From positions 1-64,000 of the IMG/VR virus record IMGVR_UViG_3300032330_001252: a stretch of 64,000 bases of DNA, one strand, 5' to 3'. The translations under genes were made by a program, and so were the position numbers. Source of the stretch: a virus (Duplodnaviria > Caudoviricetes). The notes beneath the pieces are model-generated. The model saw only the letters and a list, made by a program, of their open reading frames with translations, did not search any database and had not been told where the DNA came from. Below are positions 54,541 to 63,690 of this stretch, one piece after another. Position 1 is the stretch's first letter; each line of letters begins with the position of its first letter.

Positions 54541-55464
54541 TTAACGAATGTTAGTATTTGTATTAGTTGGGTTAGCAGTTAGTGTGCCGCTTCCAACATT
54601 AATAGCTTCATTTGTAGAACGAATTTGCTGGCCTAATCCGTAGATCATGCTAGCTAATTGGCCATACTGTTGCTGTTGTTGAGTTTGTTGTTGCATTTGG
54701 TTGATGTTATTAGTTGTAGTAACATTAATACCATTTGTAGCATCTTGTAGTCTACGATCGCCACGTAGCTCAATGATTTCTGCATTAGCATCAGTCAATT
54801 GACGTGTTAGATTTTGTTCATACTGAGCTACAATCAATGCACGAGTAGTAGTACCATCTGCAACAATAGCACGTTCTGTATTATTGAATCCAGTTAACAT
54901 ATTTGTATTAACTTGATTTAATTGTTGTGATAACAACATTGCCGTTGCATTAGTAGCTTCTTTGGCAGCATCAATACGTGCAGCTAAACTACTTGTAACA
55001 TTATTAAATTGATTGGTAAGACCTAAGCTTTGTTGAGCTTGTGAAGCCTCAAAACTTGCAGCATTAACTGCTACAGATTTATCTACTGCACCAATTGATT
55101 GCATTAATTGCATATTAGCTGTAGCTTGACCAGTTACAGCAGCTGCTCCACCACCGTCTTGACCGCCAAATAAACCGCCATTACCTTGACGTAGTAGGCT
55201 ACCCAAGATCAATCCACCGATCAATCCACCGCCACCACCACCGCCAAATAAACCATCACCACCACCGCTCATCATCATACCACTTGGGTTTAATACTTCT
55301 GCCATTTTTGTATCCTTTAATTTTGTGATCTGACCCATGACTTTTTTATAGTAGTCATTAGCCTGATCGAGTTTGTCTTGAAGCGCACCCATTGTAAATG
55401 CAACTTGTTCCTGAGTTGGAACAGGCACACTACCGGGAGCGCTAATCTCATCAGCCATAATCAT
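54541..55464 (-). CDS. Gly-rich hydrophobic segment plus Gln/Asn-rich coiled-coil protein, function unknown
   Basis: GLFGGGGGGGLIGGLILGSLL followed by a long helical region; two in-frame RBS+ATG starts (55458 and 55305). Confidence 0.65.
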   Translation of the reverse strand: MIMADEISAPGSVPVPTQEQVAFTMGALQDKLDQANDYYKKVMGQITKLKDTKMAEVLNPSGMMMSGGGDGLFGGGGGGGLIGGLILGSLLRQGNGGLFGGQDGGGAAAVTGQATANMQLMQSIGAVDKSVAVNAASFEASQAQQSLGLTNQFNNVTSSLAARIDAAKEATNATAMLLSQQLNQVNTNMLTGFNNTERAIVADGTTTRALIVAQYEQNLTRQLTDANAEIIELRGDRRLQDATNGINVTTTNNINQMQQQTQQQQQYGQLASMIYGLGQQIRSTNEAINVGSGTLTANPTNTNTNIR

Positions 55465-55608
55465 TTTTCCTGAGTTGATTTTTAAAACGCTTCATGCGCA
55501 GTTCACAAAATTTTATGAACTAAGTTTATTATACACTATTTTTAACAAAACACAACCACATTTAGATCCTTCCAGCAAAACTAAATGACGCTGAAATAAG
55601 CAGAAAAC

Positions 55609-55645
55609 AAAAAAGCCCTCTAGTATTTCTACTAGAGGGCTTTTT
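55609..55645 (-). terminator. Terminator after the RNR operon
   Basis: AAAAAGCCCTCTAGTA/TACTAGAGGGCTTTTT. Confidence 0.85.
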
Positions 55646-55659
55646 ACATTGCGGTTTAA

Positions 55660-55839
55660 TTACTGTGGGGCAACTTCTGCAGGGGCAGCTTCTTGCTTGG
55701 GTAATTGTGCTTCAGCTTGTTCACGAATCTTTTGTGACAATGGATTTGCGATTTTTGCTGGCAATTCTTGTAAGCCAGCTAAAATGCAATTAACTTCATC
55801 AACAGAAAGGTCGTTTAGGGTGAATTTAATATCGTTCAT
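55660..55839 (-). CDS. 59-aa hypothetical protein (not in the ORF track)
   Basis: MNDIKFTLNDLSVDEVNCILAGLQELPAKIANPLSQKIREQAEAQLPKQEAAPAEVAPQ*. Confidence 0.6.
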   Translation of the reverse strand: MNDIKFTLNDLSVDEVNCILAGLQELPAKIANPLSQKIREQAEAQLPKQEAAPAEVAPQ

Positions 55840-55857
55840 ATTTATATAAAAAGTGGG

Positions 55858-57822
55858 TTATTTAATTGGGCAAGCGCCCGTTGCACACTCAGCATCCAGA
55901 ATCTCATCGAAGCTGTTGGTGTTATTTAAGTCGACTTCAACTAATGTTTTTACATATTCGGTGTAGTCTTCTTCGGTTACAACTTCTTGTGGAAGGTATA
56001 AGTAACCTAAATCTTTTGCAGTTTTGGTTGGGTCTGTACGATAGATGAAACTAACACCTACATAACAATCCCAGTTATCCAATAACCAGCTAATAATATC
56101 TTCTACTTCGCTAGGGTCATAGCTAATAGTTACGGATGTATTTTGTTGATTCCAACTAGTTTGTAGCAACTTATATCGTTCTAACTGTAATACAGCAGAT
56201 TCGATATTAACTTCTTTGCCAGCAACTTTGTCAAATACTACGCCGTCCCACATTACCGGAAACGTAACAAGAACTCCAGAATCATCAACAGGATGATTAA
56301 TAACACGATAATTCGCTTGACGTAGCTTTTCAACCACCGGGTCATGTTTCGAGAATTGAACATTGTTGAAAATATACTTTCCTAGTGGCTTGTGTACACC
56401 TTCGGTAGTATCCATAATCTTGGATAGGGTTCCTGAAGGCTTAATACAAGTAACATTTTTAGGAGCTGGTAAGCCTAATTCATGAGCCATACCAATAGCA
56501 GCACCAGTAGCGGTACGTTTTAGGTACTCATAGTCATAACCAGTCATATCAGGACGTTTAGCGATACCGGTGAGGCCGACTCCACAAAGACGCAAGAAGT
56601 AGTTGTTGAGGTGCCAGGATTCTTGCAAAATACCATCTTGTAAGTTAACACAAGTTTGTCTGTAGTTTGCACGAGCCGCCAATCTGATGGCTGCATGGAG
56701 TCCAGCTGTGTCACCCTTGAACTTGGCGATATCTGTTTCCGTGAGGTTACAGAAACTTTTATTTCCGAGCAAGATCTCGACACATGGGTTTGCGCCCTTA
56801 AACCAAGGGGCTCTGCGTAATGCTTCAACTTCGTTGATAAAACCTGGTTCACTTCCGCCTGCCTCCAACATTAATTGGAAAATCTTTTCTAGATCACTAC
56901 GCAATGGTTTTTCTTTGAATACCAAGCTGTTATTAGATTGTGTGCGGTGTGCATTGTTATGCAACCACCAATCTTTTTTGGCTACAGCAAACTCTTCCCA
57001 CTCTGGTTGACCGTAATCGAAAAGCGCGATCTCAGCACTGCGACGACTGGATAAAATAGTGCCAAGATGGTTAACAATGTCAAGAATATCCATCCTAGTA
57101 AGTAAACTGTCAGCACGACCATTAAGTATATTGGCGATAGCAACATAAGCAACACTAATTGCGCTATCACCTGAACTAATCCAGCCATATCCTTTTAACC
57201 TTTCACCAGCAGGTCGAAGCTGACTAAAGTCCAGAACCAGAGTATCAGCAGGATACTTCCCAGCCAATAGTTTTCCGATTGATTTAGCCCACGCTTCTGC
57301 GGAGTCTCCAACTTGGATAGTCCAAGTTTTAGTTTCTGCATCCCATTTTTCCACATTGTGTTCATTTCCACCCTTCTCAGTACGCTCACTACGAACTACT
57401 CGAATATTCTTAATTGGGTTTGAAAACCCGTTTAGTGTACCTACAATGGGCTTAAATCCAACTCCACAACCTTGTAGTAACAACCATAGAACGTCAACTA
57501 CGTCATAAATGGTCTCAACGTGTGTAAAACTACAATTAAATTGTGATGCCTCACGGCTTTTAGCTACGTTAGTTCCGCCTAGCCAAAGTGTGCGTCCGCT
57601 CATTGATACTTTACGATCTAGCATTAATTGCTCAAGATCATATAATTCTGCGTATTCTTGGTCATTTAAATCACGACCTGCTGCTCGTTCCCATAACCAT
57701 TGTTGATGGTCAATAACGCGGGCAACTGTTTCTTGCCAAGTTTCAAATTGTTTTCCGTCGTCTGAAGTTGGTCTATTATATGTACGACGTGTAATTACTT
57801 GTGCTCTTGTACTTGGGTTCAT
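55858..57822 (-). CDS. nrdJ: Class II (adenosylcobalamin-dependent) monomeric ribonucleotide reductase
   Basis: GRTLW.GG, SQFNC, ANPCVEI..., FCNLTE, TCIKPSGT; C-terminal ECATGACPIK; no NrdB nearby. Confidence 0.9.
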   Translation of the reverse strand: MNPSTRAQVITRRTYNRPTSDDGKQFETWQETVARVIDHQQWLWERAAGRDLNDQEYAELYDLEQLMLDRKVSMSGRTLWLGGTNVAKSREASQFNCSFTHVETIYDVVDVLWLLLQGCGVGFKPIVGTLNGFSNPIKNIRVVRSERTEKGGNEHNVEKWDAETKTWTIQVGDSAEAWAKSIGKLLAGKYPADTLVLDFSQLRPAGERLKGYGWISSGDSAISVAYVAIANILNGRADSLLTRMDILDIVNHLGTILSSRRSAEIALFDYGQPEWEEFAVAKKDWWLHNNAHRTQSNNSLVFKEKPLRSDLEKIFQLMLEAGGSEPGFINEVEALRRAPWFKGANPCVEILLGNKSFCNLTETDIAKFKGDTAGLHAAIRLAARANYRQTCVNLQDGILQESWHLNNYFLRLCGVGLTGIAKRPDMTGYDYEYLKRTATGAAIGMAHELGLPAPKNVTCIKPSGTLSKIMDTTEGVHKPLGKYIFNNVQFSKHDPVVEKLRQANYRVINHPVDDSGVLVTFPVMWDGVVFDKVAGKEVNIESAVLQLERYKLLQTSWNQQNTSVTISYDPSEVEDIISWLLDNWDCYVGVSFIYRTDPTKTAKDLGYLYLPQEVVTEEDYTEYVKTLVEVDLNNTNSFDEILDAECATGACPIK

Positions 57823-57829
57823 GCTATCC

Positions 57830-58303
57830 TTATGTGCCAGTACTGCCGAATCCGCCAGTACCGCGTTGTGTGTCGTTCCAAATATCTGTAAATTCTGGTA
57901 GCAAAACTGGCATAATAACTAGTTGAGCAATTCTGTCACCACGCTGAATTTTATATGGGTCTTCTGAAATATTTTTTAACAGGACTTTGATTTCCCCACG
58001 GTAATCCGCGTCAATAACGCCTACGCTGTGAGGGATAGTAATTCCCTTTTTTCCTTGAGAGCTTCTGTTAAAAACAAAGCCTGCGTAGCCCTCTGGAATT
58101 TTTGTCGCTACTCCTGTACCAACAAGTTTTTGTTCGCCAGGATAGATTTCCAAATCTTCAATGCTCATTAAATCTGCACCAGCATCGGTGGGATTAGCAC
58201 GTTTTGGAAGAAACTGTTTGTCTTCGACTAGACAAGGAATTTGTTGTTTGATTGATACTCCACGACTGTGATCGTAGGTTTGGTTAATGTTTAAAAAGCT
58301 CAT
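57830..58303 (-). CDS. dut: Trimeric dUTPase
   Basis: AGADL, RSS, GVIDADYRGE, RIAQL and RGTGGFGSTG motifs. Confidence 0.95.
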   Translation of the reverse strand: MSFLNINQTYDHSRGVSIKQQIPCLVEDKQFLPKRANPTDAGADLMSIEDLEIYPGEQKLVGTGVATKIPEGYAGFVFNRSSQGKKGITIPHSVGVIDADYRGEIKVLLKNISEDPYKIQRGDRIAQLVIMPVLLPEFTDIWNDTQRGTGGFGSTGT

Positions 58304-59145
58304 TTTAAATAGATTTCTAGGGTTTCGTCAATTTGTTTGCAGTTTTCAACACCAATGGCATCTTCACTATAAGTGACCAAATCCATTAGCTGATAGTTTA
58401 GCATTAATTGATCTTTACATTGATTTAGTTCTTGGATGTATTTATATTTACCACTAATTGGAATACTTGCAATAATATCGTAAGTACTGCCATATTCATT
58501 AACAAGTCCCACGGCTCGTTTAGGCCCAATACCAGGCACCCCAGCAACATTATCACCACTATCGCCTGTAAGACACTTAATACTAATGTAGTCTTCGGGC
58601 TCAAAATCATAGTGGTCATTCCAGTTATCAACTGTGACTTCTTTTCGTGTAACATAGCTAAATCTTGAAATATCTGGTTGTACAAGCAAATCCCAATCTC
58701 GGTCTGAACTAATCAGCCAAATCTGATCAACGGGTAGTTTGGATTTTTGTTTTACGATATATGCGGCAATATCGTCAGCCTCTACGCCCTGAAACTTAAT
58801 AACAGGATAATCTGTATTATCTTGTATATATTCTAGTGTCTTTTGGAATTCTTCAAAGAACAATTCAAAGGCGGCTTTTTCAGCATCAGTTTGAGTCTCA
58901 AACTTGTCTTTACGATTTTGTTTGTATTCTGGGTAGATTGCTTTGCGATAGCTAGACGAACCTTGGTCACAAGCAAGAATAACTTTCTTGGCTTTGTAAC
59001 TTTTCTTGAGGCTGTCAACTGTGCGTAAGTAGTCTACTGCAAAATCAGTAGCTCCACTATGTTTATATCGAAATGCGAGGTTGAGCGCATCTACTACCAT
59101 TAAGGTATTATCAGGCTCAGATACTTGTTGAAAACTTTTGCTCAT
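58300..59145 (-). CDS. D15: 5'-3' exonuclease / flap endonuclease (T5 D15-like)
   Basis: VDALNL, EADD, SSDRD, GDSGDNVAGVPGIGPKRA. Confidence 0.9.
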   Translation of the reverse strand: MSKSFQQVSEPDNTLMVVDALNLAFRYKHSGATDFAVDYLRTVDSLKKSYKAKKVILACDQGSSSYRKAIYPEYKQNRKDKFETQTDAEKAAFELFFEEFQKTLEYIQDNTDYPVIKFQGVEADDIAAYIVKQKSKLPVDQIWLISSDRDWDLLVQPDISRFSYVTRKEVTVDNWNDHYDFEPEDYISIKCLTGDSGDNVAGVPGIGPKRAVGLVNEYGSTYDIIASIPISGKYKYIQELNQCKDQLMLNYQLMDLVTYSEDAIGVENCKQIDETLEIYLK

Positions 59146-59175
59146 TTTTAGTAATATTGTGTGGTTTAAGTATAT

Positions 59176-59204
59176 ATTATACCCTAAATTGCAATCTAAG
59201 TCAA
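59176..59204 (-). promoter_or_regulatory. sigma70 promoter
   Basis: TTGACT-17bp-TATAAT. Confidence 0.75.
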
Positions 59205-59653
59205 GTTACAAATTTGGGTTGCTCGTTTACTAACCAGTCTTCTAGTAGTGCTACATAGAACTCATGTTCGTCTATGGAAACGAATAGGTATCTATAGTTG
59301 GCTGTGGGCATGTCTAAAAATGCAACAAATATCTTTGATCGGTCAAATTTAAATGCTAATAGCGGTTTTTTATTTACTTGTTGGCCTTGACGCACTGATT
59401 GTTTCCAAAACTCAATTAACTGTGGATTTTTACCAGTTAATAGCGCGCTGGATATATGGTCTTCCGCATAACCTTTTACTTCTACTGCATATAAGTTAGT
59501 TCGCCCAGGCACATATAAGTCTGCCTTTAGCTGATGTTTAGGGTCAAGGGCACCTGATCCAGGAACCCTCTCCCAACCTAATCCTGTATGCTTTTTAAGA
59601 GCATCACGTACTACAGTTTCAGTGCGAGCACCTTTTGCTCTGCTATCGACCAT
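59201..59653 (-). CDS. D14: T5 D14-like PD-(D/E)XK nuclease / Holliday junction resolvase
   Basis: SRAKGAR.E...ERVPGSGA...KAD...VEVKG. Confidence 0.8.
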   Translation of the reverse strand: MVDSRAKGARTETVVRDALKKHTGLGWERVPGSGALDPKHQLKADLYVPGRTNLYAVEVKGYAEDHISSALLTGKNPQLIEFWKQSVRQGQQVNKKPLLAFKFDRSKIFVAFLDMPTANYRYLFVSIDEHEFYVALLEDWLVNEQPKFVT

Positions 59654-59971
59654 TTAGGTTTTTGCTTTTGGATTTACAATAACTGGAGCTTCTGTAGCGG
59701 CTACTGTATCTTCTACAACTACTTCTTGTGTTACTGGAATAGCTTCTGGAACAGGAGTAACTACAGCTTCGGCTTCAGTAGCAATTTCTGTGCCACGAAA
59801 TTCAAGTGTGCAATTAGGGTCAACGCGAACTGTAACAGTACCACTACCAACAACAGTTAAACTTGAACGCTCATGATCGCTAAAGTAGTCACCTACTTTT
59901 AGCTCATACATACTGCCAGTTTCACGAACAATAGTAGCTACTACTGAACCGTTAATTTCTTCTAAAATCAT
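59654..59971 (-). CDS. Hypothetical protein
   Basis: GAGG RBS; fills the gap between D13 and D14. Confidence 0.55.
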   Translation of the reverse strand: MILEEINGSVVATIVRETGSMYELKVGDYFSDHERSSLTVVGSGTVTVRVDPNCTLEFRGTEIATEAEAVVTPVPEAIPVTQEVVVEDTVAATEAPVIVNPKAKT

Positions 59972-59972
59972 A

Positions 59973-61811
59973 TTATACCTCTATTTGTGAGATGTTATTA
60001 CGTTTCGACACATTTACTTTTTCCAGTAATGGATGAGTAAATCCATGTGAAACAAGGAAAGTATTCAAATGCTCTTCACGCAATAATACTTCTACTAGTT
60101 TTTCTTTACCGTCAACATCTAATGTTTCGACAGTTTCATCTAGTATCAATAGATTAATTCTTGAACTAGACAACGTTTGCATTAGCTTTCGTATAGCTAA
60201 TAGTGTTGCCACATTAACACGAGCTTTTTCACCACCTGATAATGCTAAAATTTCAATATCTTTGCCATTATCAGTAATAACCACATTTAATTTATCACTA
60301 GCACTGACTTTAAATCCTATTTGGAATCTGCCGTCAGATAAGTCAATTAAATATTTGTTAGTAATTTCTTCTAGATCTTTTACTAAACACTCGATTTTGT
60401 AAGCAACTAAACCTGTAGTAGAAAACGTTTTAGTTAGTACGTTTACTACTGACATTTTTTCACTTAGTTCATGTAATTTAGAACTATATGTTTCTAGTTC
60501 TGCGTTCATTTCCGTTAATTGACTACTAATAGTATCAACTTTGGAATTATGAGTACTAGCTGCTACATTTTGTTTCTCAGCTTGTGCTATTGCAGTTTTA
60601 AGATTAGTTAGTGCAACTTGAAGTGCCGTAAATTTAGACTCAAGTTCGTTTTTATCTAATAAATCTTCTTGTAACTCAGTATTAATTAACTGATGATACT
60701 TTTCCCATTCATCGCGAGCTTTGTTAGCCGATTCCCATGCTGTAGATTTAGTAGTAAATTCTTGTTTAATTAACTCTATTTCTTTTAATCTAGTATTAAT
60801 TATAGCTATTTTTGAACTAGCTTCTTGCTGTATAGCTTGTTGTTCTGCTATAAGCGCCGATATTTTTGCTTCGTCAATAGACTGTAAACAAGTAGGGCAT
60901 GTTCCATGTAGTGCACCTATTTTTTTAATAAATGCATCTGAGTCTTTTACAGATTTACTTAATTCAATAGAACTAGTATTAAGTTGTTTAACTTCTGGAG
61001 TTAATACACTAACTGTATCTACTGGAGTTTCTGGTACAGGAAATAATTTAATTCTAGACTGTATTTGTTTATAGGTGTTATTCTGAGTAATCTTTTTATT
61101 TGTGGATTCTAGTCCACGAATTTTAGAATCTAATTCTGCTACTTCTGCAACTAAACTATCTTCTATTACTGGAACTTCACAGTATTCTTTGTGAGATAAA
61201 TCCATTTTAGAATACTTATCTAACCAACTATTTACAGTGTTTACTTGAGACTGTACTGCTGTAATATCCTTAGATAATTCTTGACTTACTTCTTTGAAAA
61301 TTTCTTGCGCTCTAGTGTACTTGCCTAAATTTAAAATTTCAATAAGAAACTTTTTACGGGCAGTATCAGCTGCAGTTAAAAATTCTAAACTACTAGCGTT
61401 GGATTGATAAACAATTTGACTAAATGTCTTATGATCAAATCCTAAAATATCTTCAATCATTTTGTAAGTGGCTGTGGCTGTGTGAGCACTAATGTCCATA
61501 CCACTTTTAAACAACTTAACAGTTTGACTAGTACCACGACTAGTTTTAATTTGATACTCAGTACCATCTCGTTCAAAGTCAAGTTCAATACTGTAGTTTT
61601 TATCTTTTACATAGCGGTTTAAAATATCCGCTTTTTTGATTGATTTGGAGTTTTTGTTGAACAAAACTTCTTCAAGAATAAGGGCTATGGAACTTTTTCC
61701 ATGCCCGTTCTTTCCTACAAGTTGCGTCAGTGGCGCAGCAACAAAATTTATGGTGTTATCTTTTCCATAACTAAACGCATTACTCCAACTTAGCCTTTTG
61801 ATTGTTATCAT
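59973..61811 (-). CDS. D13: SbcC/Rad50-like recombination exonuclease ATPase subunit (T5 D13)
   Basis: GKNGHGKSS Walker A, CPTC zinc hook, LSGGE signature, LILDE Walker B. Confidence 0.9.
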   Translation of the reverse strand: MITIKRLSWSNAFSYGKDNTINFVAAPLTQLVGKNGHGKSSIALILEEVLFNKNSKSIKKADILNRYVKDKNYSIELDFERDGTEYQIKTSRGTSQTVKLFKSGMDISAHTATATYKMIEDILGFDHKTFSQIVYQSNASSLEFLTAADTARKKFLIEILNLGKYTRAQEIFKEVSQELSKDITAVQSQVNTVNSWLDKYSKMDLSHKEYCEVPVIEDSLVAEVAELDSKIRGLESTNKKITQNNTYKQIQSRIKLFPVPETPVDTVSVLTPEVKQLNTSSIELSKSVKDSDAFIKKIGALHGTCPTCLQSIDEAKISALIAEQQAIQQEASSKIAIINTRLKEIELIKQEFTTKSTAWESANKARDEWEKYHQLINTELQEDLLDKNELESKFTALQVALTNLKTAIAQAEKQNVAASTHNSKVDTISSQLTEMNAELETYSSKLHELSEKMSVVNVLTKTFSTTGLVAYKIECLVKDLEEITNKYLIDLSDGRFQIGFKVSASDKLNVVITDNGKDIEILALSGGEKARVNVATLLAIRKLMQTLSSSRINLLILDETVETLDVDGKEKLVEVLLREEHLNTFLVSHGFTHPLLEKVNVSKRNNISQIEV

Positions 61812-62058
61812 GTTCTAGTAATCTTTTCTTTAATTCGTGTAATCCGCCAATTAATTCTCCATCTAAGAAGATTTGCGGTACACTGCGTGCGTTTGGAACT
61901 TTAGAGATTAAGTCTTTTTTACTATAACCATTAACGCCAAGCATACATTCAGTATAACTAATTGACCTTTGTTCTAGTAATCTTTTTGCTTCTGAGCAGG
62001 CAGGGCAATTTGTTTGTGACCAAACTTCTGCTTTAAGATGATTCAATTTTTTCTGCAT
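61780..62058 (-). CDS. Glutaredoxin
   Basis: CPAC active site; SVPQIF; IGG. Confidence 0.85.
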   Translation of the reverse strand: MQKKLNHLKAEVWSQTNCPACSEAKRLLEQRSISYTECMLGVNGYSKKDLISKVPNARSVPQIFLDGELIGGLHELKKRLLEHDNNQKAKLE

Positions 62059-62989
62059 AATTTTGCATTTCCTTTAAAACAGCTTCTACAGTATTGTCTG
62101 GTAACTCTAAGATATAGGTTAAATATTCTTTGACTTCTTCGGTTAGACTCATTTCAGGGTCTAACATTAGTGCACTATCTGTATCTCGCTTGATGACTTT
62201 ACGATCAATTAACTCACTGTCTTCTAGCTCTCCCAGTTCGTGCATATCACCTTCCACTTGGTAAATGGTATGGTCATAATCTGTCGCTGGTTTAGGGTCA
62301 GCAACTCCAACGGTTTTTCTGATAAGCTGAGGTAAGCTGAATTTGAGCCATACGTGATCCAAAGTACTAGAATCAAGCAAAATAGCTCCAGTGTCCACGG
62401 AACTCCTGTGAAAACTAGTGGTATAAGGGCTGCCTGGATACAGAATATTAAGTTGCGAATTTTCATAACTATGTAAGTCTCCTGCTAACACAATATCCCA
62501 GCGTTTAAATAATTCTAGATCAACTTCTGGTTTAACGTGCGGTGGGATTTCGCCACGAACATGGGTACAACAAATTTTGCCATGTGTTAAATGCGGAGCT
62601 TTTTCAAATTCTTTTAGTTTATTGTAAGGAATAATATCTATACCATTTTGGCTATAGAAATCATCAATAACTTCTACTAGTGGATTTAGTCGATTAGTAG
62701 ATTTTTTAAGATTTGTTAAGAAAGTTGTATCTTTCTTAAGCATTTCGTGATTACCTGGATAAATAATTGTTGGCTTATTAAAACTAGCCACAAAGTCAAA
62801 ATACAACTCTACTTCATCCATTGTTGGTAATCTGTCAAAAACATCACCACCAATAATTACTAAATCAGCTTGTTCTTGCATTTGTTGAAATTGCTCAACA
62901 AATAAACGAAAACGATTTTTTGCCCACTCAATAGGTACGTTTTTTTGACCTAATTTTATATGTACATCAGCTGTGAATAGTATTTTCAT
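62033..62989 (-). CDS. D12: SbcD/Mre11-like metallophosphoesterase nuclease (T5 D12)
   Basis: ADVH, GGDVFD, PGNHE, GDLH, YPGSP. Confidence 0.9.
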   Translation of the reverse strand: MKILFTADVHIKLGQKNVPIEWAKNRFRLFVEQFQQMQEQADLVIIGGDVFDRLPTMDEVELYFDFVASFNKPTIIYPGNHEMLKKDTTFLTNLKKSTNRLNPLVEVIDDFYSQNGIDIIPYNKLKEFEKAPHLTHGKICCTHVRGEIPPHVKPEVDLELFKRWDIVLAGDLHSYENSQLNILYPGSPYTTSFHRSSVDTGAILLDSSTLDHVWLKFSLPQLIRKTVGVADPKPATDYDHTIYQVEGDMHELGELEDSELIDRKVIKRDTDSALMLDPEMSLTEEVKEYLTYILELPDNTVEAVLKEMQNYAEKIESS

Positions 62990-63000
62990 ATTTTATAGAC

Positions 63001-63036
63001 AAAATAGCCCGCAAAGTGTTTAATTTTGCGGGCTAT
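63001..63036 (-). terminator. Terminator after D11
   Basis: ATAGCCCGCAAA/TTTGCGGGCTAT stem plus U-run. Confidence 0.7.
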
Positions 63037-63040
63037 AGTT

Positions 63041-63688
63041 TTAACCTAAGTCTTTAACGGCTTCACGCTCTGCTTCAGAGGTACCGTCTTCGCTTTCATC
63101 ATCACTGTTTGTGGTGATTTTTGTTAATAGAGCCAACACTTCATCTTCTGTTGGGCGAGTGTATTTTTCATCAATTGATTTAGATGCGTTAACTAATTCA
63201 CGTTCTGCATCTGAAAGTGCACGAGTTTTGCAACGCAACACTTGCAACTGGTACTCAACATTATAAGCCAATGGGCCTGTCTTTACTCGTTTGAAAACAA
63301 TATCCCAACCTGTATCGAAATCTGTAGGATCACCTAAGTCTTCGGCTGCTGTCAAAATTTGTTCAAAGAGTTTTTTCTTTAAGTTAAGGGCTTTAACCTT
63401 ACCATCTTTAGGGTCAATACAATTAACTGTGTATGACCAGCTGCATTTTAGATCTGGAAAAAAGTCAGGCACATGATCTTTTTGTAGATTGTCAAACTTT
63501 TCTTTGTCGCGGCTAAATGCCAAGCACTCTACTGGAATGTCCTTGTTGTTAGAACCTTTCAACCAGTAAATATAGCGGGGAAGAACTCCACCAACTAAAC
63601 GTACTACATTCTCACCATCTTTGTATTCATAAGACTCGACTTTGTTTGATTGTGCTTTGCCTTTTGTGTTCTTGAAGCTAATTGCCAT
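63041..63688 (-). CDS. D11: T5 D11-like ssDNA-binding protein
   Basis: G.N.VRLVGGVLPRY.YW; DP.D.DTGWDI.F.R.KTGP...VEY; acidic tail. Confidence 0.8.
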   Translation of the reverse strand: MAISFKNTKGKAQSNKVESYEYKDGENVVRLVGGVLPRYIYWLKGSNNKDIPVECLAFSRDKEKFDNLQKDHVPDFFPDLKCSWSYTVNCIDPKDGKVKALNLKKKLFEQILTAAEDLGDPTDFDTGWDIVFKRVKTGPLAYNVEYQLQVLRCKTRALSDAERELVNASKSIDEKYTRPTEDEVLALLTKITTNSDDESEDGTSEAEREAVKDLG

Positions 63689-63690
63689 TT

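Noticed and set aside
8009-57822. Introns or inteins in terL, the capsid gene or nrdJ
   Set aside because: The ORFs are continuous, normal in length, and have motifs at the expected spacing
8293-62466. Short antisense or out-of-frame ORFs nested in the large structural and replication genes
   Set aside because: Expected from codon bias and low-complexity Ala/Thr/Asn repeats (e.g. 28522..28947, 46442..47020); no independent signals
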